Made by a program: the position numbers and the translations under genes. Under the pieces are notes generated by a model, which saw nothing but the letters and a program-made list of their open reading frames with translations, was not told the origin of the DNA and ran no database searches. Shown piece after piece: positions 18,122-26,879 of a stretch of DNA of 64,000 nucleotides. Source of the stretch: Acidobacteriota bacterium (GTDB lineage: Bacteria > Acidobacteriota > Thermoanaerobaculia > Gp7-AA8 > JAHWKK01). Each line of letters starts with the position of its first letter. Within the stretch, counting starts at the first letter, position 1. Where the stretch lies: NCBI GenBank assembly GCA_019347945.1, contig JAHWKK010000002.1, positions 157,316 to 221,315 of the forward strand, written 5' to 3'.

Positions 18122-19144
18122 ATGCGAAATCTTGCAAATGCCGTGGTGACTCTGGTCGCCCTCACCCTTCCAGTCCAGGCGGATGAGCCCATCGCAATCG
18201 TCATTCATGGCGGAGCCGGCACCATCACCAGGGAAAACATGACCCCCGAGCTCGAAAAAGAGTATCGGGAAATTCTGTCGGAAGTTCTCGACGCCGGTTA
18301 CGCGATCCTCCGCGATGGCGGTTCTTCGCTCGATGCCGTCGAGACCGCGATCAGGATCATGGAAGACTCGCCTCTGTTCAACGCCGGAAAAGGTGCGGTC
18401 TTCACCGCCGATGGCCGGAACGAGCTCGACGCGTCGATCATGGACGGGTCGAATCTCGACGCGGGCGCCGTCGCGGCCGTGACGATGATCCGGAATCCGA
18501 TCTCGGCCGCGAGAGCGGTGATGGAAAAATCCCCGCACGTCATCCTCGCGGGACGCGGCGCGGACCTCTTCGCGACGGGCGTCGGTCTGGAGGTCGTCGC
18601 TCCCGAATACTTCTGGACGGAGCGGCGGTGGAAATCGCTCCAGAACCACCTCCGCAAATCCGACGAGTTCGGAAGCGATTTCCTCAGAAAGAAGACATCG
18701 GACAGGCTGGCTCCGGCCGACGACTACTTCGGAACCGTGGGAGCGGTCGCGATCGACCAGAACGGCAACATCGCTGCAGGAACGTCCACCGGAGGACTGA
18801 CGGGCAAGCGGTTCGGCCGGGTGGGCGATTCCCCGATCGTCGGCGCAGGTACCTGGGCGGACAATCGCACCTGCGGGGTGTCCGGCACGGGCCAGGGCGA
18901 GTACTTCATCCGGCTCACGATCGCTCGAACCATCTCCGCCATGATGGAGTTCGGCTCGGTACCGCTCGAGGACGCCGCAGCCGAAGCCATCCGCCGGCTC
19001 GGCGAGGCAGGCGCAACAGGAGGCGTAATCGCGCTCTCGAAGGACGGCACGATCACCGCACCATTCAACACGTCCGGAATGTATCGGGGATGGATCGATT
19101 ACTCCGGCGAAAAGACGGTCGCGATTTACGGCGGACTCGACTGA
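18122..19144 (+). CDS. iaaA: Isoaspartyl peptidase / L-asparaginase (Ntn hydrolase), secreted
   Basis: Signal peptide MRNLANAVVTLVALTLPVQA, IVIHGGAG, and autoprocessing site GTVGAVAID. Confidence 0.88.
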   Translation: MRNLANAVVTLVALTLPVQADEPIAIVIHGGAGTITRENMTPELEKEYREILSEVLDAGYAILRDGGSSLDAVETAIRIMEDSPLFNAGKGAVFTADGRNELDASIMDGSNLDAGAVAAVTMIRNPISAARAVMEKSPHVILAGRGADLFATGVGLEVVAPEYFWTERRWKSLQNHLRKSDEFGSDFLRKKTSDRLAPADDYFGTVGAVAIDQNGNIAAGTSTGGLTGKRFGRVGDSPIVGAGTWADNRTCGVSGTGQGEYFIRLTIARTISAMMEFGSVPLEDAAAEAIRRLGEAGATGGVIALSKDGTITAPFNTSGMYRGWIDYSGEKTVAIYGGLD

Positions 19145-19216
19145 CGGCGATTCACCGGCGTTGAAACCAAATTCCCCCGGGCTCCGGGATATGATTGGCC
19201 CTCTTGGGAGAAACTG

Positions 19217-19747
19217 ATGCCGCTGCATGGTGATCTGAGAACCATGCCTCTGCCGGAGCTGCTGATGTGGATCAGCCAGTTCCGGAAGACCGGGACGGTC
19301 CGCGTGGTCGAAAACGACGACGACACGCACATTCTCGCGTTTCTCGAAGGCGCTCTCGTCTACTCATCCTCACCAGACCCGGACAAGCGGCTGGGAGCGC
19401 TGCTCGTTTCGCGCGGCGTCGTGACCCGGGAGATGTACGAGCGCGCGAGGAAGCTCCGCGACGAAGACGGACTCGGAATCGCCAAGGCGCTCTCGAAGCT
19501 CAAGCTCGTCGCTCCCGACGACATGACACGGTTTCTCAGAAAGAAGGCGGAACGGGAGGTTTTCGGGCTTTTCGAGGTCAGAGAGGCCGAGTTCTCGTTC
19601 AACGATCGCGAAATGCCGACGCTCGAGCTCCTCCCACTCCGCGTCGACCTTTCGCACATGCTCCTCCGGATCACCCAGAACATGGACGAGCGCGGCGAGT
19701 ACGACTTCGACGCCTCCGGCATCAATCTCGATCTTCCGGAGCTCTGA
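19217..19747 (+). CDS. DUF4388 (PATAN-type) domain protein
   Basis: N-terminus LHGDLRTMPLPELLMWISQFRKTGTVRV is characteristic of DUF4388. Confidence 0.7.
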   Translation: MPLHGDLRTMPLPELLMWISQFRKTGTVRVVENDDDTHILAFLEGALVYSSSPDPDKRLGALLVSRGVVTREMYERARKLRDEDGLGIAKALSKLKLVAPDDMTRFLRKKAEREVFGLFEVREAEFSFNDREMPTLELLPLRVDLSHMLLRITQNMDERGEYDFDASGINLDLPEL

Positions 19748-19823
19748 CGATCTCGAACGCCTTCTCGAAGCGAGAGGTCTTCCGGGCTGTTGCCGAAAAC
19801 CGGCGAAAGATCTCGCGGGGATC

Positions 19824-19913
19824 GGGGTCGGGTCTGAACTTGGAACTTAACACGTTGAGATCCCGCGTAGTCCGATGATCAGTGAGTTAAGTTCCAAGTT
19901 CAGACCCGACCCC
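19824..19913. repeat. Perfect 28-bp inverted repeat with a 34-nt loop between convergent genes (candidate bidirectional terminator)
   Basis: GGGGTCGGGTCTGAACTTGGAACTTAAC at 19824-19851 and its exact reverse complement at 19886-19913. The arms include two GAACTTR heptamers. Confidence 0.9.
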
Positions 19914-19919
19914 GCCTCC

Positions 19920-22241
19920 TCAGTAGAGCAGATGTCTCCGGCGCCTCTCGAGGAACTCCCGAAGCTCCGGCTGCCATCGCTCGATGATCGCGTCCGGATC
20001 GGCCGAAGCCTCGACGAGCTCGACCGTGTCCTGATCCTGCAGAAGGATATTGAAGCTTTCGGGCCGGAATTCGCCGGGGTACATGTCGTGAAGAACGGTA
20101 GCGATCCGAATGCCGATCGCCGGGAAGTCGCACTCCGGGTCGACGAGATCGAAAGCCGCGCCACCGACCCGCTCACCTGCGAATTTGCTTGCATCGGCGA
20201 CGAACTCCACCGGCTCGATCGTGATGCAACCCGGTGGAATTACATCGTTCAGCTCGGATGCGAACGCGTTTTTATCGATGTAAGGAGCACCGATGAGCTC
20301 GAACGGCGTCGCCGTTCCTCGACCGACGGAGAGATCGAGATACTCGAGCAGCCCGATCCCCGAATAGAGGATCGCCTCCTCGAGACTGCGGATATTCGGT
20401 GACGTGTCGAACCACGGCAGCGTCGTGTCGTTCTGATACAACCCCCTCTTCCACCCCGAGAGTGGGACGACGGTGAGCTCGACCTCGATGCCTCGCTCGT
20501 CGCGGAACATCCGAGCGAGCTCACCGATCGTCATTCCGTGCCGCACCGCCACCGGATGAAACGCGACGAATGCTTCCCGGTCGATCTCGACAGGCCCCTG
20601 CACGGCCACGCCTCCGATCGGATTGATCCGGTCGAGCACCACGAACGGCACGCCGGACTCCGCGGCCGCCTCCATCGCAAGAGCCATCGTCGAGATGTAG
20701 GTGTAATAGCGCGATCCGATGTCCTGGAGGTCGAAAACGAGAACATCGAGACCGTCGAGACTCGCCGCGGCCGGTTCCCTTCGCTCACCGTAGAGACTGA
20801 AAATGGGGAGGCCGCTCGCTTCGTCGCGCCCGTCCGGCACATTCTCATCCAGCGTCCCCCGCAACCCATGTTCGGGACTGAAGATGGAGACGAGCTCGAG
20901 CGGGCCGCTCCTCAGCACATCGCGGGTCAGATTGCCGTACTTGTCCCGCCCCGTGTGGTTCGTGATCAGCCCGACCCTCTTCCCGACCAGAGGCTCGAAT
21001 CGTCGGTCCTGCAGAACGTCGACGCCGTTGGAGACCGCGTGCGGTCCCCTCCAGGGAAGGATTTCGATTGACGGGTCCCAGCTCGCGTATCCCGCCATCG
21101 GCGAGATCGCCTTCCCGAGACGCTCCTGAAGAATGGTCGCCGTGCCGGTACCATCCGGATGAACCCGGTTCGACAAGGCGATGTAGAACGCTTCGGACGC
21201 CGGGTCGATCCAGATGAATGTTCCCGTCCAGCCGGTGTGACCGTACGATCCCATCGGGAACCACCCTCTCGGCCGCGAGTAGATCGAGTCGAGATCCCAC
21301 CCGAGCCCGCGGCGCACGGCCATCGCTTCCGGCGTTGCGATCGAGGTCATCAGCCGGACCGTGGAAGGCTCGAAGATTCGCACGCCATCGATCGTGCCGC
21401 CGTTGAGCAGCATTCGCGCAAAACGGGTCAGGTCGGCGACCGTACTGAACAGACCCGCATGACCGGCCACGCCCCCCATCCGGCGCGAGGTGGGATCGTG
21501 GACCACTCCGTGGAGAATCTCCCCGGCGACGCGCTCGGTCGGCGCGACGCGGTGCAGGTTCCCCCGTGCCACTCCGAAGTCCGTATCGACCATTCCCGCA
21601 GGCTCGAAAATCTCCTCGCGGACGAAGTCGTCGAGCGACCTGCCTGAAACCCGCTCGACGATGACGCCGAGAAGAATGAAGTTCACGTCGCTGTAGCGGA
21701 AGAGGAAGCCCGGCTTCGTCCGCGGCCTCCGGGTCGCCGCCCTGATCAGACCTTCCTCCGCTCCCTCCCAGTCGTCCCTCAGATCAACGCCCGGATCGAG
21801 ACCGGACGAGTGCGTCATCAGATGCCGAATCGTGACGTCGTTCTTCCACTCTCCCGCGAATTCCGGGATCAGGTCCACGACGCGATCCTCGAGAGCGAGA
21901 TCGCCTCGCTCGATCAGTTTCATCACCGCCGAAGTCGTCGCGACGACCTTGGTCAGCGACGCCATGTCGAAAATCGTATCCTCCTTCATCGGTGTCACTG
22001 CGGGCTCGAGAGACCTCTTTCCTATGGCACCCCGATAGACCTCCCCGGAAGCTTCGATGTGAACGACGGCTCCCGGAAGGTGGCCCTTGCTGATCTCGTC
22101 CTCGATGATCTCGACAATTGCGACCGGAAGCGGCCTGATCGCTTCGTCAGTGCGGATCGCACCGGTACAGGAAACCAGGAGAAGGAAGAGCGCGGCCACC
22201 GGAAGATTCGAGGTCCGGCGGATGTCTGAATCACGGCTCAA
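19920..22241 (-). CDS. Lipoprotein fusion: serine beta-lactamase/PBP4*-like hydrolase (N-terminal) plus DUF1343 / NamZ-like exo-muramidase domain (C-terminal)
   Basis: Lipobox LLLVSCTG. The SLTKVV (SxxK) beta-lactamase-family domain is followed by VGLITNHTGRD... typical of DUF1343. Confidence 0.8.
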   Translation of the reverse strand: MSRDSDIRRTSNLPVAALFLLLVSCTGAIRTDEAIRPLPVAIVEIIEDEISKGHLPGAVVHIEASGEVYRGAIGKRSLEPAVTPMKEDTIFDMASLTKVVATTSAVMKLIERGDLALEDRVVDLIPEFAGEWKNDVTIRHLMTHSSGLDPGVDLRDDWEGAEEGLIRAATRRPRTKPGFLFRYSDVNFILLGVIVERVSGRSLDDFVREEIFEPAGMVDTDFGVARGNLHRVAPTERVAGEILHGVVHDPTSRRMGGVAGHAGLFSTVADLTRFARMLLNGGTIDGVRIFEPSTVRLMTSIATPEAMAVRRGLGWDLDSIYSRPRGWFPMGSYGHTGWTGTFIWIDPASEAFYIALSNRVHPDGTGTATILQERLGKAISPMAGYASWDPSIEILPWRGPHAVSNGVDVLQDRRFEPLVGKRVGLITNHTGRDKYGNLTRDVLRSGPLELVSIFSPEHGLRGTLDENVPDGRDEASGLPIFSLYGERREPAAASLDGLDVLVFDLQDIGSRYYTYISTMALAMEAAAESGVPFVVLDRINPIGGVAVQGPVEIDREAFVAFHPVAVRHGMTIGELARMFRDERGIEVELTVVPLSGWKRGLYQNDTTLPWFDTSPNIRSLEEAILYSGIGLLEYLDLSVGRGTATPFELIGAPYIDKNAFASELNDVIPPGCITIEPVEFVADASKFAGERVGGAAFDLVDPECDFPAIGIRIATVLHDMYPGEFRPESFNILLQDQDTVELVEASADPDAIIERWQPELREFLERRRRHLLY

Positions 22242-22242
22242 A

Positions 22243-22608
22243 TCAATCGAGCTCCTTTTTGATCTTTTCGATCAGATCCGCGGTATCGAAGGGTTTGAGG
22301 ATCGCGACATCGATACCCGTTTCCGACCTCCGGGCTTCATCGACCGGATCACCACTGAGAATGATCATCGGAAGCTCGCTCCGCCTGCTCGCCCTGCGCA
22401 TTGACTCAACCAGCTCGGCCGGCGACACATCCGGCATATTGAGATCGACGATCGCCAGATCGGGATTCTCACTCCGGACCAGTTCGATGGCCTGTTTGCC
22501 GGACGAAGCAGTCACTGGAATCATCCGGTACGTCCGGAGCAAGGCCTCCATGAGTTTCAACAGGGGCTCATCGTCGTCGACAACGAGTATCGTCGGCTGG
22601 CCAGTCAT
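22243..22608 (-). CDS. Stand-alone CheY-like response-regulator receiver
   Basis: 121 aa with ILVVDDD, DLAIVDLNMPD and a conserved K region. It starts 12 nt after the ArsA-like stop. Confidence 0.88.
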   Translation of the reverse strand: MTGQPTILVVDDDEPLLKLMEALLRTYRMIPVTASSGKQAIELVRSENPDLAIVDLNMPDVSPAELVESMRRASRRSELPMIILSGDPVDEARRSETGIDVAILKPFDTADLIEKIKKELD

Positions 22609-22620
22609 CGAGTCGCTATT

Positions 22621-24471
22621 CTAATGACCGGCGGGCCCGGCCGGGAGAGGGACGAGCGATTCGAGCACCTCGATGGTTCCCGGCTCGGGATCGATTCTTT
22701 CGACCATCGTCACGTCCGGGAAGTCCTCCAGCAGCCGGATCTCGGCCGCCCGTCGAGCCCGATCGCAGGGGCATTCGTTCTGAGGAGTCAGGTAGTTGGC
22801 GACAATCCCGATCAGACCGATCTTTCGCTTTGCGAGCTCGTCGGCCAGGCGCTTCGTCTCTGCGATCACCATCGGCTCGGGTCTGGTGACGATCACGACT
22901 CCGCATTGCTCGCTGACGAGCACTTCCTCCAGCTCGCGCAGGCCCTTCGACATCTCGAGCAGCGTCGAACCGAGCGAGCCGGCCGGCATGATCTGCCAGT
23001 ACTCGAGAAGGATCTTCATCAACTGGCGAACCCAGGAAGTCGCCAGCTCCGGGAGATCGATCAGGCGGAGGAAATGACCGGTCGGGGCGGTATCGACGAC
23101 GATCCGCTCCGCACCGCTTCGAAGGAGCTCCACGATTCTCATCAGCGCAAAGATCTCATCGGCGCCGGGTGGGGCGATGTCGAGAAGGCTTCGTGCAATC
23201 CGCTCGTCGTGTACGGCCCGAAAGCGCCCATCCGGTGCGCCGAACAGCTCGTCGAGAGTCTTTTCCATCTCATCCTCGAGATCCTTCCATGCTCGCGACG
23301 GGTCGACCTGCTCGACGTGAAGGTTGTCCGGAAGATCGAGCCCGTCGGTCAGATCCGTGAGCGATCTCGCCGGATCCACCGACAGAAGGTGGATTTCTCC
23401 ATCGTTCCTCACGGCAAGCTGAAGGCCGATGCTCGTGGCCGTCGAGGTCTTGCCGGTGCCGCCTTTTCCCGCAACGAAGACCAGCCGCCGGCCCTCCGGA
23501 TCGAGCGCCTTCGATCCGCGCATACTCTTTGCGGGTTTCTCCGGCTCCACTCCCCGCCTCGCGGCCAGCAGCTCTTCCAGATCGGCCAGCCGGGCCACGG
23601 GCCGGCAGAGCCTCTCGACCGTCACGATGCGGGCCTTCGCCTCGAGCTTTCCACGGGCGGCGTCCTCACCGGCTCTCGCTTCGCGGCAGGACTGACAATC
23701 GCAGTCGCCGGTCACGCGGTTCAGGACGACGAACGGAACATCGAGGCCGAGAGATTCGACCGAATCCACCAGCCGGAGTGTCTGATCAACCACGAGATCC
23801 TCTCCGAGCGTGACGGGAAGAAACGTCGTCAGAGACGGATCGCTCAGGATCGAAGCCTCTTCTTCGATCGAGCTGCGGAGCTCGTCGAGCCAGGTTTCCG
23901 CGGAATCATCGACGTCAGCGCCGGCAAGCTGGAAGACGATCTCGCGGTGCTTCTCCGACATCGCTTCCAGCGCCGACGTGAATGCATCGTAATGAGAACG
24001 GGCGTCGAGAAGTCTCAGCGTGTGTCCCGTCGGGGCCGTATCGATCACCAGCGCCCCGTCCGAACCGAGATTTCGATACAAGGTGAAGATCTTCCGCCAG
24101 CCCATGATCTCGTCGATGCCGGGGATCGAGCGCGTGATCAGTTGTCGGATCTCTTCTTCGTCGAAGATCGTACCTCGCTCGATCAGGGTGACGATCGGCT
24201 CGAGACTCGTATCGAGGAATCCGTTCCATTCGCTCTCGGCATCGAGGCTCTCGATTCGAAACGGGCTGTCTGCGGGGTCGAGAAGATCGGGAAGGCTCGT
24301 CGCGGGATCCGTCGAAAAAAGTACGACATCACGATCGGAGGAGATCCGGAGCGCGGTTGCGGCGGCGATCGTCGTCTTTCCGACGCCTCCCTTGCCCCCG
24401 ACGATGATGATGGAACGGTCCGAGAGCTGGTCCACGGCGCGAGCCAGCGAACCGGCTCTTCGCGAGCTCAC
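22621..24471 (-). CDS. Tandem two-domain ArsA/Get3-family ATPase
   Basis: Two P-loops (GGKGGVGKTT; GKGGTGKTS) and two DTAPTGH signatures. Cys motifs CDCQSC and CPC follow each half. No arsB/C/D/R genes are nearby. Confidence 0.85.
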   Translation of the reverse strand: MSSRRAGSLARAVDQLSDRSIIIVGGKGGVGKTTIAAATALRISSDRDVVLFSTDPATSLPDLLDPADSPFRIESLDAESEWNGFLDTSLEPIVTLIERGTIFDEEEIRQLITRSIPGIDEIMGWRKIFTLYRNLGSDGALVIDTAPTGHTLRLLDARSHYDAFTSALEAMSEKHREIVFQLAGADVDDSAETWLDELRSSIEEEASILSDPSLTTFLPVTLGEDLVVDQTLRLVDSVESLGLDVPFVVLNRVTGDCDCQSCREARAGEDAARGKLEAKARIVTVERLCRPVARLADLEELLAARRGVEPEKPAKSMRGSKALDPEGRRLVFVAGKGGTGKTSTATSIGLQLAVRNDGEIHLLSVDPARSLTDLTDGLDLPDNLHVEQVDPSRAWKDLEDEMEKTLDELFGAPDGRFRAVHDERIARSLLDIAPPGADEIFALMRIVELLRSGAERIVVDTAPTGHFLRLIDLPELATSWVRQLMKILLEYWQIMPAGSLGSTLLEMSKGLRELEEVLVSEQCGVVIVTRPEPMVIAETKRLADELAKRKIGLIGIVANYLTPQNECPCDRARRAAEIRLLEDFPDVTMVERIDPEPGTIEVLESLVPLPAGPAGH

Positions 24472-24797
24472 TCCCCGTACCCGGTATGAATGACCACGTC
24501 CGCCGCGTCATCGTCGTCGCGGCCACGCTGCCTGTCGAGAAACTCCTCTGCCTGGGCCTGCTGACGCATCCGGATCTCGCGCAACTTATCGAAGACGATT
24601 GCTTCCTCAGCCGCGTAATCTTCCTCGCTGATCTCGCCGAGCTCGAGCTGCATCTGGAGCTCGAGCAACCGGGTTTTCCACACCTCGTCATTCATCATCT
24701 CCCGGTCGACCATGGTGCGCACCTGTTCGAGCGCCCACTTCACGCCGGCAACAGGCGCCTTGAACGGAAGCGCCAGGAGATCGTCGATGAGAAACAT
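24468..24797 (-). CDS. gvpG: GvpG-like gas-vesicle accessory protein
   Basis: MFLIDDLLALPF...LLELQMQLELGEISEEDY closely follows the GvpG family pattern (MFLLDDLL...L.ELG.ISEEEY). It overlaps the ArsA-like start by 4 nt. Confidence 0.8.
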   Translation of the reverse strand: MFLIDDLLALPFKAPVAGVKWALEQVRTMVDREMMNDEVWKTRLLELQMQLELGEISEEDYAAEEAIVFDKLREIRMRQQAQAEEFLDRQRGRDDDDAADVVIHTGYGE

Positions 24798-24798
24798 T

Positions 24799-25581
24799 TC
24801 AGGTGTCTGCCCGCTCGAGCTTGAGCCGGATATTCACGAAATTGTATGGCGGCCAGGGACCTGTGTACAGGAACGAGAGCGCATCCTCGTACTTTTTCGC
24901 GATCTCCGAGACCCGCTGGTCGAACAGCTCGGTCTTCTCGCGCTCGACGAGAAAGGCGGCGTTCATGATCATCCGGTCCCCGATCGGTTTGTTCGATCTC
25001 GAGGCGACCGCCGAATCCCGCAGGTGGCTGTAGATCTCCTGAACATATTTTTCCGATTTCTCCTGCAGCGCGGACTCGACGATCTTTCCGAGCTGCATCT
25101 TGAGAAAATACGCCGAGCCGCTCGTTCCGGCCTCGATCTGTTGCTTCAGATTCCCGACGTCATCGTTCTCCGCTTCGATCTGCCTCAGAACCGCCTCTCG
25201 ATCCCAGTTGACCTTCAGACCGAACTCGATCTTTCCTTCCATCTTGTCCAGGACGTCGACCAGAGCCGGATACGTCCCCTGCATGAAGGTTCTGATGTCG
25301 GCTTCCGTTCGGAACACGGTCCCGAAGCTCATCGGAAGAACCGTGTACTGCTTCATCACGACTTCATTCACATGCTCGTGAGCCAGCGCGTTCTCACGCG
25401 TCGGGTCGTAAATCTGAAGGGGGCACTTCGAGACGACGGCTGCGAAATCCTTGTAGTGGACCGTATACACTTCGTCGTTCCGACCCCCGATCCCGATCGG
25501 CCCGAAGCTCTGATTCTCGGCTGCCTTGATGATTCCGTAAACGTATCGACCCTCTTCCTGAGGGGTAGCGCTCTGTTCCAT
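24799..25581 (-). CDS. gvpF: GvpL/GvpF-family gas-vesicle accessory protein
   Basis: GRYVYGII...EVYTVHYKDFAAVVS...YTVLPMSFGTVF...KIEFGLKV is the hallmark N-terminal pattern of GvpF/L. 260 aa. Confidence 0.82.
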   Translation of the reverse strand: MEQSATPQEEGRYVYGIIKAAENQSFGPIGIGGRNDEVYTVHYKDFAAVVSKCPLQIYDPTRENALAHEHVNEVVMKQYTVLPMSFGTVFRTEADIRTFMQGTYPALVDVLDKMEGKIEFGLKVNWDREAVLRQIEAENDDVGNLKQQIEAGTSGSAYFLKMQLGKIVESALQEKSEKYVQEIYSHLRDSAVASRSNKPIGDRMIMNAAFLVEREKTELFDQRVSEIAKKYEDALSFLYTGPWPPYNFVNIRLKLERADT

Positions 25582-25660
25582 CGCTCCGCACGGATGCAGT
25601 CACGATGCCGGGCTCGGTGCCGGGCCCCTGCTCCGGACCCTCCCGGGTTAGACTCCTTCA

Positions 25661-26725
25661 TTGAAAATGCGACGAAATGCAGTGATCGCGTCGAGCGCCG
25701 AACGGTGGTTCCAGGCAAGCCAGCGGCCGCTCCCATGGCGCGTCAACTACGAGCCATGGCACGTCTGGGTCGCTGAAGTGATGGCCCAGCAGACTCGGAT
25801 CGAGGTCGTCGCTTCCCGCTTTCCCCAGTTCATTGAACGATTCCCCTCCCCCGAATCCCTCGCCCTTGCCGATGACGACGATGTTCTCACCGCATGGTCG
25901 GGCCTCGGTTATTACCGGCGCGCCAGAATGCTCAGGGCCGGTGCGATCCGCGTGGTCGAGCAATTCGGCGGAGAGCTCCCCCGGCGACTCGAGGATCTCC
26001 GTTCGATTCCGGGCATCGGCGAATACACCGCCGGGGCGATCGCGTCGACGGCCTTCGACCAGTCCGTTCCCGCTGTCGACGGGAATGTCATGCGACTCCT
26101 CGCACGAATCGAGGCACTCGAGCCGCCCTGGCGCAGCGCGAGGCTCGGCCGGGAAGCCACGGATGCCGCTCGCGAGATCGTAGAAGCCGCGAGCTCTCCA
26201 CGGATGCTGAACCAGGCGCTCATGGAGCTTGGTGCGACCATCTGCAAACCAAGAGAGCCGTCGTGTGTCATCTGCCCGCTGCAAACCGAGTGTCGGGCCT
26301 TCGAGCTCGGCCGCGCCGCCGACTACCCCCGGCCAGCTCCGCGCAAAAGCCGGAAAAGTCTCGAGATCCCGCTGCTCGTCGTCACGGACGATGCGGGCAG
26401 GGTACTGATGCTCCGCTCCGAACAGGGCTCGCTCATGACCGGACTCTGGCACCTTCCCCACGGTGTCCCCGATCTGATTCCGGAGACCGCCATCGCCAGC
26501 TGGACCTCGAGGGAGGTTCTCGGGACGTTCCGCCATTCGGTGACCGACCGCCGCATCACCTTCGTGATCCATCGTGCCGATCTCGACTGCCGGCTCGGCG
26601 AGGGATTCGCGGAGGCGGCCTGGCAGGATCCCGAAGAAGATCTCGCCACGCCATCCTACGTCGCAAAAGCGTTTCGCCACGCCCGCCTTCGCGACGGGCT
26701 TGCCGCTCGCACCCTCAGTCGGTAA
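25661..26725 (+). CDS. mutY: A/G-specific adenine DNA glycosylase
   Basis: WVAEVMAQQTRIEVV, HhH-GPD region, 4Fe-4S cluster CKPREPSCVICPLQTEC, and a C-terminal NUDIX-like domain. Confidence 0.92.
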   Translation: MKMRRNAVIASSAERWFQASQRPLPWRVNYEPWHVWVAEVMAQQTRIEVVASRFPQFIERFPSPESLALADDDDVLTAWSGLGYYRRARMLRAGAIRVVEQFGGELPRRLEDLRSIPGIGEYTAGAIASTAFDQSVPAVDGNVMRLLARIEALEPPWRSARLGREATDAAREIVEAASSPRMLNQALMELGATICKPREPSCVICPLQTECRAFELGRAADYPRPAPRKSRKSLEIPLLVVTDDAGRVLMLRSEQGSLMTGLWHLPHGVPDLIPETAIASWTSREVLGTFRHSVTDRRITFVIHRADLDCRLGEGFAEAAWQDPEEDLATPSYVAKAFRHARLRDGLAARTLSR

Positions 26726-26879
26726 TTCACGCGGTCCGGAAGTTCCCGGGAAGAACCGGGCGGGGACCATGCTCCTGGCTGCACAATCTCCGGAATCAGA
26801 GGGATTCCGTCGAGAATGTCCCGGCACAATTGGCACCGGAGAGGGGTCCAAGAACGACTTTTGCTTGCCGGGTACGTCC

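Noticed and set aside
22621-24471. Annotating the ArsA-like gene as an arsenite-pump ATPase or arsenic-resistance operon.
   Set aside because: No arsB/acr3, arsC, arsD or arsR is nearby, and the neighbours are GvpF/GvpG-like genes and a receiver. Only the family-level ArsA/Get3 call is supported.
22243-25581. Calling the region a gas-vesicle gene cluster.
   Set aside because: Only GvpF/L-like and GvpG-like genes are present. No GvpA/J/M, GvpN or GvpK-like ORF exists anywhere in the 64 kb, so a structural gas-vesicle locus cannot be claimed from this window.
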